A stretch of 63,160 bases of DNA, filler included, from Lenisia limosa (GCA_001655205.1; 5 parts of 5 records of this genome joined end to end with filler, not necessarily neighbours in it); one strand, 5' to 3'. Numbered from the whole stretch's first letter, positions 1 to 14,124 are shown. Notes: generated by a model from the letters alone, not told the origin. Numbers and translations are program-made.

Positions 1-3000
1 GCCGTAAGGGTCAGGTCAAAGCAATGTTCACTGCTGCTCAGTGGGGGTCTATAGAGCTCGTTATATCTTCCTGGTGGTCCTGAAAAGACCGATATGCATC
101 ATCATGATTGAGTTTGGTTGTAGCTTCTCTAATTTGTTACAAGGCCATTCGAATTATTTACAACACAGCCACACTGAGTCGATCTTCATTGCTCGGTCCT
201 TAGGTGGCAGTCTTCGTATCGGCCTTGTTGGGGGGGGGGGGGTCGAGTAAAAANNNNNNNNNNNNNNNNNNNNNNNNNNNNNNNNNNNNNNNNNNNNNNN
301 NNNNNNNNNNNNNNNNNNNNNNNNNNNNNNNNNNNNNNNNNNNNNNNNNNNNNNNNNNNNNNNNNNNNNNNNNNNNNNNNNNNNTCCGATACCCTTGAGA
401 CTTCTTCGATAGAACTTATGAATAACTTTCCGTGTCCATCTGACCCCGAAGGCCCAATCCACGGTCATATCCTCTCTTGCACAAGCAGTCGTCCTGACCC
501 CGCCAACTAATAAGGAGAAACATGGTGGGCGGTCCGTCACCAAAAGCAATTGAAGCATTGGAGACACCTGTTCTGTTCTGACTTCCAAGGCCCCTTCCAG
601 TCAGCCACACAAGTTGAGGCTCTGAAACCGAATATCGAAAGTGCAGTGGAAGACGTCAAAATGGTGCGGCTTAACTTTCGGGAATATGGATATTTTATCA
701 ATCATATGCTCAGATATAATGTAAAGCGAGAAACTTGAAATCAAAGACAGTGAATCCTGAGGTCGTGGCTTGATGCAAGCATTGATAATCCAGGCCTTTT
801 CTGAGCATCCGAACCTCAATGATGTGGCTGCGGCCCTCTTGGAAGCCCCCCACTCCGAACTCAGCAAAAAGTGTTCTCTTATCCCTGGTTCGCTCTTACT
901 TCTGGTTTCTTTGGTTTGTCTGTGTTTGTTTATGTACTCAGGTGTTCCCGTTCAGCCCATGCTTGCACATCCCACTAAGGTTTGGAGAGCGTCCTTTTTA
1001 CTGGGACTGTTGAGTGGACTATTGATTCCTACGGATTTGAAAGCAATATTCATTATCCCAGGGCTACGGGGAAGTAATGAAGAGGCTGAAGGGCGACACT
1101 ATTACTTGCGAATACAAATACGATGGAGAAAGAGCACAGGTATGGAGTTAAATATTGGGTTCTATTCTTGTTGGTATAATTTCCATTACCCCCCCCCCCC
1201 CAGGTTCATCTTCTTCCAGACGGTCGTCTGCAGGTCTACTCCCGAAGCCTTGAAACAAACACTCAGAAGTACCCCGATATCATNNNNNNNNNNNNNNNNN
1301 NNNNNNNNNNNNNNNNNNNNNNNNNNNNNNNNNNNNNNNNNNNNNNNNNNNNNNNNNNNNNNNNNNNNNNNNNNNNNNNNNNNNNNNNNNNNNNNNNNNN
1401 NNNNNNNNGTGGCGTATGACCAAGAGAAGGACAAGATCCTACCTTTCCAAGGTTGATGGACGGCACGGTTTTTTTGAAACCCTTCTGATGGTACCATTAT
1501 AGTTCCAATTAACCATTCAATGACAGTGCTGATTAACCGTTACAGTGCTGATTAACCCATTACAGTTCTGATTAACCGCGGTCGTAAGGACGTTGATGTC
1601 AACTCAATCACGCATAAGATTTGCCTGTTCCCTTTCGATCTCATTTATTACAACGGAGAGGTCTGTCTTACCGCCTACCTATCCGTCCTCACCCCTCAGA
1701 GCTTGCTTCGCGCCGACTTCTGTGACCGTCGAGAGTACCTTCGCAAGGCTGTCAAGGAGATTAAGGGACAGGTTCAGTTCGCGACGTTCATGAACTTCCC
1801 GTGGGTTGGGTGGGACTGTACATGGTTTGCAATAAGGTATCCTTTGAATTGTATTCAAAAATCATCAGCCAATGTTTCATTTAAAACACAAATAACTATT
1901 GGATTCTGACCTGCAGCCCTTCACCAGGCATCAATCCATTGCATGTTACCTTGACTCTTTAGGGAGTTTGAGGAGGGAGACCTGGTCAAAATGGAGTCCT
2001 TCATGGACGAGGCGTTGAAGGCTGGTACCGAGGGCCTGATGGTGGGGGGCATGTTGAAGGCTGGTACTGAAAAGTTTTATCGAGGATTTGTGGGTTGAAT
2101 CAGCCCTTTTGGTGAGCCATCTACCAATATATTGGTATATGATATGATCATGATTTCATATACAACATGTGTTTTTGATATCATAATCTTTAACCACTGC
2201 GTTGTTGAAAGTTTATCTTTTCAGTGTAAGACGTTGAAGAATGGAAACGCCACATACGAACCCTCCAAGAGGTCTTACAAATGGCTCAAGGTTGGCCGTC
2301 TATTCTCTATTGGTAGATGAAGCGGAATTTGTTTTTGGAAATCAATATTACTTGAATCCATGAAAATGAAAATGGCTGTTTCGTCTAACACTCCAGGTTA
2401 AAAAGGACTATTTGGACAGCGGAGGAGACACCTTGGACCTAGTGCCAATCGGGGCGGAAATGGGCAATGGAGACAGAGCGGTATGCTGAGCAAAATAAGA
2501 ATTTGTCGATTCTTTACATACTATCGTAAGGGAGGTTGGATTGAGGGTGACGCCATCTCAACCATAGTGCTAGAGGGATAATACTGCTCATCGGGGAGTC
2601 CGAATAAGGTATTTTTTTTCATGGTGATTGTTCTGTCAGATATAATATGCTGCTTCCTTACAAATAACAGGGCCGCTACGGGACATTCCTTATGGCGTGT
2701 TACGACGAAGAGAGCGGTAACTACCAGGCGGTGGCAAAGGTACGATTTCATTAAAATGTGTTTAAAATATTAGAACTTGCTTGCACATATCATAGTTATC
2801 TTAGCTCACTCGGTGCCAACATGTCTAACGGTGTAGACTGGTGGCGGATTCAAGGACGATGAACTAAAAAAGTACTATGACCTAATGAAGCCCTACGAGG
2901 TTAAGAAGGTGCCTGCAGAGTACGAGGTATCCGCCGACAACAAGAAGGACATTTCGATGTGGGTTTGACTGTGTTTTCTTCTTCCTTGGGTTTGTCGTCG

Positions 3001-3429
3001 TTCTCTCCTCACAACATTGGTCCTGTATTCATCTTCGTTTACCCCACCCCAGCTGGTTCAACATTGACCACAACCTTGTCTTCGAGATTCAATGTGCGGA
3101 CTTGACCCTCTCTGAGAAGTACCGTGCGGCTGTTGGACTTGTGGGAAGGCTATCTCAAATTTCGTTGAAAATACTCCAGTTTTATTAGACGGTTTTGTTG
3201 TTTCCCCTATTTCTCTAAGTTAATATTTCCTATAATATACTTGTTTCAAATTTCATAGGTTGCATAATAATGAAGCGGTTCTATGATAACATTATGTCGC
3301 TGACCTCGCAGGCTTCTGAGACTAAGGGAATCTCCCTTCGGTTTCCCCGCTTCCTGCGGCACCGTGACGACAAAAAGCCGACAGGGGCCACCAACTCCGA
3401 CCAGATCCTCGAAATGTACAACGGACAGG
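1..3429 (+). CDS. LIG1: DNA ligase I (multi-exon, 5' partial; last exon probably in the gap after 3449)
   Basis: GT-AG exons translate to [17 protein letters not shown] (~175-221), [13 protein letters not shown] (~943-980), [12 protein letters not shown] with the KxDG adenylation motif (1061-1139), [15 protein letters not shown]|[16 protein letters not shown]|[40 protein letters not shown] and [16 protein letters not shown] (~3312-3428). Confidence 0.95.
1522..1578 (+). repeat. Three tandem copies of the LIG1 intron/exon acceptor junction (ACAGT[G/T]CTGATTAACC)
   Basis: Units are spaced 19 and 20 nt apart. Only the third opens the exon (V)[11 protein letters not shown]; the first gives an in-frame TAA. 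Confidence 0.8.
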
Positions 3430-3726
3430 TGAGGCCTTCAGACAGTGATNNNNNNNNNNNNNNNNNNNNNNNNNNNNNNNNNNNNNNNNNNNNNNNNNNN
3501 NNNNNNNNNNNNNNNNGTAAAGACTTCTCACGCGTTTTAGGCGCTCATTGATAATTAGAATCGTAAAAATGGTATGGTATATGTACAGTATATTTATGGA
3601 TGTGAAGTATTCTGAAATCAGTTTGGTGGTTTCCAGGTTTTAAGGTTTCCGGGGGGGGTGTAACTGACATCAAAAATTGGTACATTAAATAATAGGGAAA
3701 CATAACTTACCATAAATAAACATAAC

Positions 3727-6700
3727 CTACTGGTCACAAAGTCTCACACTGTGTGTGAGGAAGTTGTATGAGGATCTAGATAAGATCTCGGCTCTGCTCA
3801 CCCCGGCCAATTCTCCTTGACCTATATAGTGAATCCCCAATACTAGCATCGATAATCCCCTCGCAAACTCAAAACCACGTCTTTCCCCACTACCAAATGA
3901 GTAATGGCAGCTCCTTCATACGCTCAATACCCCCCTCACCCTCATCCATCAACATCAGAGTGTCAATACAGTACGATATGACCGCCGTTTTCTCCTTTGT
4001 CAATGGCGCGTCCAACTCCCTCCAAGACCAAAACCCTGTGCATTACAGGTTGAAATGAAATTGAGTTAATAAAAGAAAGATGTGGTTCATCTTTGCACCA
4101 ACCTTCAGCCTCCAGTTTCTCATTTCTCTTCCTGGCTCTGACAAACGCTGACTTTTGCTCCTACCGTGTCACGTTTTGGGATTATTATATCTGCTAGGAA
4201 TAGACGATAGTAGCTTTATGTCCTTTTTGATGGTTACCCCCATTCCAACCTTTCTATTATACTGGCACAATGGCCCTCCAAGACCTGCAGTCACGTAGCT
4301 AAAGGGTAAGAGGAAATCACTGTGTTAGGAGGTATGAGCATTTTTAATGGAAGAAAGACCCACTCCCGGATTTTAGGTTCAGCCTTAATAGGTACTACAA
4401 ATGGTGCATTAATATGGTGCAGGTACTGATGAGTCCAAACCTTTTTAACCTGTCCGGTCCATCACTGTCAATGGAGTGCAAGGAGGGATCGAAGACAACA
4501 TAGCCTACTAGGTTCTCTTCGAGGGTGACCTGAATGGTTGGTGGAGAGTTGGCCCCGCTTTATAAGGCATAATCCCTATCCATACATGTCATATGTACTG
4601 TATGGACTCTTTGCCTCCAACAAAACCATCCCACTTTACAAAGCCATGAATTCTCAGTGGATGCTGTGGAAGGAAGGTGTTCGCGGTTCCAGACAGGGTT
4701 GTAGTGTGCCTAATACTGTTGGAAAAGGACTATCAGTATTAACATTTATAAAATCAATCAAGAAAATCGGTCTTTCGACAGACCACACGTAAAAAATGTG
4801 TCTTAGATACTGGCACATGAAAATCAAGTACACCCTTCCAAATATACCATTGGGCCATAAGACAAACCTGGTAGCCGAAATGTGCTGCAATGTCGGCCAG
4901 CTCGTGGCCTATGTGTGGCATCAGCGGCTCCAGTGCGGCTGCACACACCGCTAAGGTTGCTGACGGCACCTTTTGGGTCAGAAACTCACTGATAAATGAA
5001 CATTTCAAACGGAGTAAGAACTGACAGAATATCCTTTTATCCTTTTAAGAGTTCTTCAATATCTATTAGGGATACAGTAGGTAAGTCGGCGCAAACCGAG
5101 GAGTCGATGAGGGGTGCCTGGGGGGATCTGAGAAGCTCAAGGATCGGGTGGAGGGTTTCAGAGAGTCTTGGGTACCCGGGAGCCTTGAGTGAGAGAAGAC
5201 AGGCAATCTTGGGGGTGAGATATGCCAAAGCCGTACACACTATCAATGTTTAAAGCAAAGGAGCACCCAGTATCGACTGCAACTTATTTGATTACATGCC
5301 CAGCAAACATCATCGGTAACTTGCTTCAACATCAAGGATGACGCAAGACGGGCATTGTCGAGGGCAATGGAAGGGGCTGCGATGCCTGGGGCCTCGTAGT
5401 CCTGGAGCAGTTACTCATGTGCTGATGAGGGGATCACATAATAAAATAGCAATAAAACCAGTGGATATAATACACATTTTCTCAATTTCTGTAGTATTGA
5501 GAGTAATTTGTATCACTCAAAACGAACCGTTCGCTCCTGCGAGTTAAAGACTCGGTACAGGACCTCGATGTTTGAGGAGCGCTGCAATGTCCGTTTGCAG
5601 GGGAAGACGCCCCCAGCTAGCCACAAGGCTACTCGAAAGACCTAGGTAGTGATATGATGCACAGAAGTGGATGCGTGAAGATGCCAACCCCGCAAACATC
5701 TTGAATTATGTCATCCACGGCGGCGGCGGAGGCAGGGTCGACTGTCAGAGTTTTGTTCATCGGCTCGGTTAGGACCAGGGAGGCTCGGGTAACGTCTGTG
5801 CCATACATGTTTATCCACTCCTTGGGGGGAATGCCATTGAGCTTGGGGGTTATACGGGATTGGCATATATCTGTTTGTATGGGTATCACTCCAGAGAGGA
5901 GTGGGAATGTCCTACCAAGGACTTAGACATTTTCTCTATTGAAGGGATGAGACGAGCTCCGGAGACGGAATCGAACAGGTTACCCTCACAGTCTATATGA
6001 TGAACACAAACTCCTTCAATTCGATTTGATCCATGGAAAACGAAACCAGATAATTGTGTTCCAACCATATGTTGCGTTTTTCCTTGGGACCCAGTAGCCG
6101 TTAGTACTCATGTACGCTTCTGCCATGACAAGGCCCTGATGATATCAGCAATTGAAATGATGTGAGCCAAAAAACAGCAAACTATGTCTCCAATGTTATA
6201 ACAGTACATTGACCAATATCAGGGGATGTACCGGAGTGATGAGAGTGTCGAAGGGCTCTTCAACGTCTAAAATGCCGAGGGCCACAAACAAACGGCACAT
6301 TGCGCGGCTGTACAGGAGGTGCGTGGTGGCGTGCTCGGCGCCTCCAACGTATGTCGACATCGGCAGGGCGGGNNNNNNNNNNNNNNNNNNNNNNNNNNNN
6401 NNNNNNNNNNNNNNNNNNNNNNNNNNNNNNNNNNNNNNNNNNNNNNNNNNNNNNNNNNNNNNNNNNNNNNNNNACAAGTAAAACGAAGGAAATTTTGATG
6501 AAGAATATTGGCATGGAAATTAACCGGTTTTGTATTGGCAACTAAAGACAGGATCATACCTGTCGCTATTATTGACGTCCAGGTATCTGAGGTAATACCA
6601 TGATGAGTCGAAGAAGGTGTCCAACGTATCGACCTCCCTTAGCGAATCTCTAACAACATTAGACGTGGTAAGATTGAATTTTTGGAAGCAATTGACACAG

Positions 6701-9700
6701 ACAAAGTGAAGCACACACCAGGCCCCACAAACGCAGAGCATTGTGGGCAGGGAACCTTCCGCCACTCTTTCAGGTCGTCATTGTCAAGTGGCACCCTACA
6801 TTGTCAATGGGCTTTCTTAGCGTTATTGTAAATGTAAAAAGTTGCTATTCTTTAACCTTAATAGTGTGGAAGGCACCAGTCTGAGCCCTTTTCTCATTTA
6901 CACACATAATTAGTATCCCATAGTTATCATACCTGGGGGTTGGCAGTTGATCATGGGAAAGTCCGACCATTCCACAATTTGGGCAGTGTACAGTTGGGAT
7001 TGGTGCACCCCTAGATAATGGTCACACCAGTGTTATTCTGTGAACGAATTGAATTATGTGATTGCTCAATTTTACGATTCTCAGACACATTGGGGACTGC
7101 TGGTGATAAGCACTTACTTGGTTAACCTGTCTCAAGTTTCATCTTTAATGTATAAAAATGAAAAGAAGATGCGAATAACCCATAAGCGATCCTCACCATT
7201 TGCGCTGCCTGTTGACGGTCCAATCCACCAGGCTGGACGTTGGGGTCAGGCTGCCTGTCCCCGAGGCTTCCAACCGCCTTCCAATCTCCGAGATGGCTGC
7301 GTCTGGGGGGGAGGGGGTGAATGGAAAGAGCAAAACTCCCAATATAAGCTACTTGGAGTACACTCTTCAGACACATGCTCGGTGATAAAGTCTCATTAAT
7401 ATTATGAATTTTCACCAATACCACCATCACTGTCCCACCTGACGGGAGACCATTGAGATCGAAGGAATTCACCACTTTCCCTGGGGTATAAATGGATAAA
7501 TGAAATTAAGCCATTTATCAGTCAAGCCAACCCATCATGGGGATAACGCCGCTGAGTTCATGGGCCTCAGGAAGGGGTCCAACTGGTGGTTCCAAACCTA
7601 GCGACACACTGAGATCCTGGGAAGTGAAGATAAGACTGAAGCAGTACGGAACAAGAATAAAGTGACTACTCAACTGAAGCCCCAATCAAGTCCTGGCCAG
7701 ATTCAGCCTACTCTCAACTCGAGTGACTTGTTGAATGTTCCTAGGTCGCGAGCCCTCTTTTGCTTCTTTTTGATTTTTCGATTCTACAAGGTGAGAATTG
7801 GATCCAAACAATGTGAAGTTACTCCCAGGTCATAACCATTTTGGATTGGTTTCCGATGTAAATCCACCTCACCACTTTCTTCTTACACCTCACCACTTTC
7901 TTCTTACACCTCACCACTTTCTTCTTATGAGCACCTCACCACTTTCTTCTTATGAGCACCTCACCACTTTCTTATGAGCCACCTCACCACTTTCTTCTTA
8001 TGAGCCCTGGCCTCAGCCTTTTGAAGCGGAGAGTTGCCAACTGCAACCTAAGAAAATCAGCAATTCTGAGCCCAAGGTAAAGTTGATCCCAAAACGTGGT
8101 ACACAATCAAGCGTTTTGTAACGAAGAGTAAGTTAAAAAAATGATCAATTCATTGACATCGACATTCGTAATCCTAAAATAGAGAACCCTCACCGCTGGT
8201 TTGCCAAAAGGCAGTCCATGAACCGCTGCAAACTTCCAATCGTGCGCACTGTGGTAAGGCGCGGCCTGAGCAATCAGTTCGATATTCTGATGAACCACGT
8301 GTTATTACTTTTTGTCACAAATACAAAGATAAACATTCCTATAAACCATAAATATAAATTGTTAGCCCCCCCCCCCTCCGACCAAAACCNNNNNNNNNNN
8401 NNNNNNNNNNNNNNNNNNNNNNNNNNNNNNNNNNNNNNNNNNNNNNNNNNNNNNNNNNNNNNNNNNNNNNNACTGACGTTGCGACAAAGATCGGGAGGTG
8501 TCTGCCCGTCACGGGGTGGGCAGTCCACTTGCCCGTGAAATGACCTGGTTGTGAGGCGGAGGTATTGTATCATTACAAGGGACAATATAAATAGGAGATC
8601 TAAGGCAATGGTAATTTTGGATCGTGTGAATCCAGGCATGAACGTTGAAGGAAGATGAAGCAGACATCAATTCCGTTAAACCAGCCAACCAAGTGGGGAA
8701 GCAGCAGCAATGAACCTCTCAAGTCCGGCAGAATACTCAGCAAGTCTTCCGGACGCCTTACGAACACTTTCATCACATTCCGCAATGAGGGGGTGTGAAG
8801 AGGCTAGAGGTGTGAGATGCAAAGACACTCTCTTATACATCAACCTTGGTGGTTGACCCTTGAAACCCCACAAATAGCGACATAAGTGGCAGCGGCTGCA
8901 GTTTCGGGTCTTGTCGTCATCACTTCAATGTCCGTAAAGCTGTCCGGCCCGGGAAAGGTGCTGTAACAGGCATGATGCTGCCGACTGGAAGAGGCAACCT
9001 GGGGGGGGGGGGNNNNNNNNNNNNNNNNNNNNNNNNNNNNNNNNNNNNNNNNNNNNNNNNNNNNNNNNNNNNNNNNNNNNNNNNNNNNNNNNNNNNNNNN
9101 NNNNNNNNNNNNNNNAATATGAAAGAGGCGAGTAGAATTAGATAGTAAGCATACATAGTAGTTGAGCTGTTCTTGAAACAATGCGTCATTAAACGGGAAA
9201 AGCTCTTGGTACGCTGCAGCAGACTCCAAGCCGCACTTGATGAGACACTGTGTTCGACTTGCAATGTGGTTCTGCTGCAAAGAGATCACGTGACTTGGCC
9301 AGTTTTCAAGGTTCTTCAGTCCTGATGCTAGGCTCTCTGCCAGCTTATTGATCTGGACCCTGTATTGTGCAACCTCTTTCTCCTCAGCCTGCGACCCCGA
9401 ACGCCACGATAAACCGTCTGGTGACACCTGGGGGGTGATTGACATGTTTTGAACAGTGAAAGCAATTCAACACCTCTGTGTGCAAAATAAACGACAGTTG
9501 ACACATTACTTCGAAGACCCCCCCCCCCCCTTNNNNNNNNNNNNNNNNNNNNNNNNNNNNNNNNNNNNNNNNNNNNNNNNNNNNNNNNNNNNNNNNNNNN
9601 NNNNNNNNNNNNNNNNNNNNNNNNNNNNNNNATACAAGGAGATTTCATGTTAGAGTATAGCCATGCCCTTTTTACCTGTTCTTTTGAAAGAATCGTTTTG

Positions 9701-11114
9701 TCAATAGGGTCAAAAAGAGCCGTGGTCACCTGAATTTATAATGCCAAGAATGAATATCCCCCGTGGTCAAGATGAATGCGAAGGTCAATATTTCGATACC
9801 CCATGCACCAATTTATATTAATACTCATATATATATATAGTATATGTGAAATTGAATGCCATTAAAACAGCAGGCCGATGTTAATTCAATACCTACCGAG
9901 TATTTGACGTGACCCTGCTCCATCAGCGACAGGAATAAGGATTGGGTGTGTTTGTAGTAATCAGAGGAATGCGTTTCCAACTCCTGATGATATGAGAGAA
10001 ATTATCACCAAAAGGCGAAGTTTATTAAGAAATTTAGTCCTTTTTGTTGATCAAAGCGCCACACACAAGTTCCCAATCGAAAGAGAGAGACAAGCTGTCA
10101 AACTGTTTGTGCATGGATTTGATGTTTGCCTCAGTCCAGTCTTTGGCAGCGACGTTGTTCTAATGAGGTCAAGGTTTCTTTTGAATCTCGTTGAGCAAAT
10201 GCCATAATTTGTCCAACTTGATATTTTACTCTGGTGGCCACACTCACCGCTCTTGCAGCATTTTCGGCAGGCAAACCGAATGAGTCCCACCCCATCGGGA
10301 AGATAACCTGCGCATATAATAAGATTGAAAAAATCAATGGTTGTCTCAGTCTAAGCCTTCTAAACCACCAGTTTAAATACCGGCCTGCGTACTGTTTTTC
10401 CTTGCTGTCTAGCAAGCCGAGCAATAGCATCTGCAAATGTGTACACCCTGACATGACCTTGGGGGGGGGGGGGTTANNNNNNNNNNNNNNNNNNNNNNNN
10501 NNNNNNNNNNNNNNNNNNNNNNNNNNNNNNNNNNNNNNNNACACATACAAATACAAGAACGTAACAAAAGTAGCCTTATTGAATATCAATAAACCGGTTG
10601 TTGAATTCTGCAAACCCAAATGAAGATCTCCACTTGGATAGGGGAACATGGCTGTAATGTAGCATGGTTGTTGGTTCTACGGGGTGAACAATGTCATATC
10701 TAACAAAAAAAAAGCTCAACAACACACCACAATGAAACCTTTTATATATCATCTGTAATAAGATCTTCTACCCTTGGAATTAAGTATGAAGGATAGTAAA
10801 TTGTAAAGGTAAAAAAGTCCGCAAAAGTGGACACCAACTTTGTCATTAGTGGACGTAAAAGGAAACAGTTGAGGGTGGGAGTGGGGGCAGTTCATGCGCC
10901 AAATCTCCTGCCATTTGCTCTCAATTGTTTTATAAGGAATATCAAGCTGCCGGGGTCAGACGGGGAGGTAATAGAAGGCGAGTAATCAACGAACCTTCTT
11001 CAACGAGGGCACCACCAGCTGCCTTGCTAGCCTCTGTGGAACATTAGTGTAAATAGAAGGCTAATATCTCACCGTCAGAGGTGTACCATGATTGAAACGA
11101 CAAATTCCCAGCAT
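3727..11114 (-). CDS. LARS2: Leucyl-tRNA synthetase, bacterial/mitochondrial type (multi-exon; 3' end approximate)
   Basis: Exons: [14 protein letters not shown]|[13 protein letters not shown] (presequence-like), [21 protein letters not shown]|HVRVYT (HIGH-type), [76 protein letters not shown] (~5922-5939), [12 protein letters not shown]. Confidence 0.92.
7866..8005 (-). repeat. Six tandem copies (21-25 nt) of a LeuRS exon/intron donor junction (AAGAAAGTG|GTGAGGT)
   Basis: The + strand shows ACCTCACCACTTTCTT(CTT) six times. The outermost copy coincides with the end of the exon ...EARAHKKKV. Confidence 0.8.
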
Positions 11115-11447
11115 GACTAGGGCTATCTTGGAATCATCTGTACAATCAATCCTTCACCTCTCCATTTCCTCTTTATAATGTCTGTCTTTTGTCGATGTTT
11201 ATTTATATACTGTGGGATGTGCGTCAGCGGCGGTTAACTCTTCTTTCTTCAATGATAAAGTGTGATTTGAATTTATTTATATTTTTCTTTTGACTACCGC
11301 CACGGGCTACTCATTGCTCAACCCCTCGACAAGACCAGTAATGTACATTAAAACCGACCTCCCAAAACTAAAGCAAAAAATACTAGTCGGACAATAAATA
11401 GAGAATTAAAACGAAAGGAAGAGCTCCTTGTAAGGGTCCTACAAAGG

Positions 11448-13628
11448 TCAGAACATGAGTTGTCTGGAGATTGGTTGTACACTGTCTATCACAGCAAACG
11501 TGCAGAAAACAAACGTACACACCTTGCCTGGAGGAATCTCCTGACGCCGCTGGAATTCATCTTCCTCGTCCTCCGGGTACACTTCGAAGTTGGAGGTGTC
11601 GCCCTCGCCAGCCACGCGCGGCACAAATGGGGGCTGTGGCGTGAGGTTAACATGTACTCAAAGAGAAGTGTATCAAAAGGGCAAATGAAGAAGCATCGTT
11701 TCATTAATGACAAATAGGAAAAGAGGTTGAAAACCCACTCGATGTCTCTTCCTGTAGATGTTCTTCCAATCCACGGAGGCAAAGAAGGGGTGGTTTTTCA
11801 CATCAGATGCACCATGCTGGACAAGTTATAAAATTACAAAGACGCAAAACAACAACAAAACTCCAAGCTGGCTCACTCTCAAGTTTCCGATTCTCTTTGT
11901 CAGATCAGCAGTCAACAGTTGTCTGACATTGTCAAAAGGAGAGGATAAGAGGTAGGAGGGGTTTTTTCAATAGGGTTGTGCGTGAGGTGAAAATCTAGAG
12001 GACCACCCACTTAATGAGGTCCTTGGCAACGGGGTCGAAGTCTTCAGGGAAGTGCACTGTACCCGCCAGAATCTTCTCGTATATTCCGAACGGATTGTCC
12101 TGCAAACATCAACAGGTTGTTACCAGTGGGCCATAACAAAACCAAATCCACAAATCTCAAGCTATTGAGGGAGGGCCTACATCGTAGTATGGGGGGTAAC
12201 CGGCAAGCATTTCGTAAATGAGAACGCCAAGAGCCCAGTAGTCGGCACCCTTGCCATGGCCGCGGGACGTGATGATCTCGGGGGCCAGGTATTCTGGAGC
12301 ATCAGAGGGGAGAAACAGAGAGTATTAATGAAAGAAAGGAGGAAGGGGGACGGTTCAGGAAAAAATCGGACAGTGAGTGCAAGCAACCTGTCCGGAAGCC
12401 CACCAACCTGGGGTACCGCAGAGTGTCCAGGTTTTGTCGGGGCAGCGCTTGGCAAAGCCGAAGTCCGTAATTTTAACGTGTCCTGAGAGTCAACGGGCAT
12501 TCAATCGACACAAAAAGAGCAACAGTAGCAAACACAGGGAACAATAAAAAAAAAACATACCAAAGCAACATTGCAGCCTCATTTAGAGGCCAATTATGTA
12601 ATAAAAGCACAAAGAGGAACAACGAAAAACAAATAATATTAAAATGAAGCAGAATATATGATAATACGCATCACCTCTGCTGAACTCACCATCTCTTCCA
12701 ATGAGGATATTCTCAGGCTTCAAATCTCTGTAAATGACATCGTGGCCATGCATGTACTCAAGAGCCATAACGATCTCAGCAGCTATACTGGTGAGAAAGT
12801 GCAACAAGAAGCAAGAGTCCCCCAAATCCCTTGGAATCTTACCATAGAAGATAGTAGTTTCCCTGTCGAAGTTTCCAACGCGCCGAAGGTGAGAGAAGAG
12901 CTCCCCTCCAATGACGTACTCCATCAACATATAGAGATTCTCATCATCTTGGAAAGTACGATACCTAGAAACGTCATAACAAGCTCCAGAAGGAGGAATA
13001 CCGGATATGTCTGGAAGAAAACCATAATAACTCCCCGATTTGCAGCATATAACAAAGAAATATGGATCAATATGGACATATTGTGGTTAAAAGTCGCCAA
13101 AAGCAAGCCCCACATACAAGTTAACAACAAAGGGGTTTCGAACGGCCATAAGAATGTTCTTTTCATTCAAAATATGATCAACCTGCTTCAATCGAACAAC
13201 ATCTGTCTTCTTCAGGACCTTGATTGCATAATATTTTCCGGTTTTGCGATGCCTTGCTAGCAAAACCCTTCCAAATGTACCAGTTCCTATAAAATCAGAT
13301 CATAGAGCACAGAATACCCTCAACATTCTACAAAAATAGGAAACGGAAAAAAACGTCAAACCAGCAAACCAAGAACAGAGGTCATCTCAAAATCGCCAAG
13401 AGAGAACTCTAAATCGTCTTCAGGCCAAATTTGGAGCGTGGAAAGCAAGTCCTGCCCAGCACCCATTGTGGGAGTGGTCCCATCTTCTCTTTCATACTTC
13501 TTATTACGAGCAACTTTAAATTCAGCAAGCCTGCGAGAAGCCTCGGTCTGAGGTGCGGCTTCTTTGCGAGATTTGTCTTTGCTCTTTTCTTTGGACAACT
13601 TCTTGTCCTTCTTCGAAGGAGCGCTCAT
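11448..13628 (-). CDS. pkaC: cAMP-dependent protein kinase catalytic subunit (PKA-C/PRKX-like)
   Basis: [10 protein letters not shown]...[13 protein letters not shown]|TGTFGRV; [15 protein letters not shown]; [11 protein letters not shown]; [25 protein letters not shown]; EYLAPEII...[17 protein letters not shown]; [10 protein letters not shown]; HPFFASVDW; PFVP...GDTSNFEVY; ends KLMF-TGA. Confidence 0.92.
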
Positions 13629-14124
13629 TTTTGCACTTCCAGCTCCCGTTGTGAACGTTAGAAGCTAGCCAACAAGCCAGATAACTCTAGCAAGTCAGCC
13701 AGCAGAAACGAACATAACAATAAACCAAATACTCAGTGATTTAAGAAGGGAGTGGGCAACAAACTGTGACTAGGTCTACTTATTGACAACTACTGAAAAG
13801 CAAGGTTTCAACAAATTCAAACCCGGGCCTGAGGAGCTAAAACTTGGAAGTAAGTTCAAATGTTTAAACGTCTATAAATATAACACAACTTTTTAGGCTA
13901 GAGTCGTTTTGGGTGGGAAGGCAAAAAAAAATTCCGATTTATGTGATTAGTTTTGATTGTCACTTAAAAATTACCCGGACAAAAATTTCTACTTTTTTGA
14001 GTCTCCTTTCATTCTATCAATCTCTCTATAGTAATATATATCTGAGAGTTGAAGGATTTCAAACATAAATAGGTACAAGGTCATTTTTGGGAATTTTTTC
14101 TGACCTGGTGGCCTCACCAACACC
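13629..14124. promoter_or_regulatory. Short head-to-head intergenic region (probable bidirectional promoter) between PKA-C and the flippase
   Basis: Divergent ATGs at 13628 (-) and 14125 (+). This is inferred from position only; no motif was validated. Confidence 0.4.

Noticed and set aside
7866-8005. CRISPR-like array
   Set aside because: Head-to-tail repeats without unique spacers, in a eukaryotic intron.
8190-8265. Divergent LeuRS editing motif (APYHSAHD for VPAHDQRD)
   Set aside because: Decay of the editing domain is well known in mitochondrial LeuRS, and the last Asp is retained.
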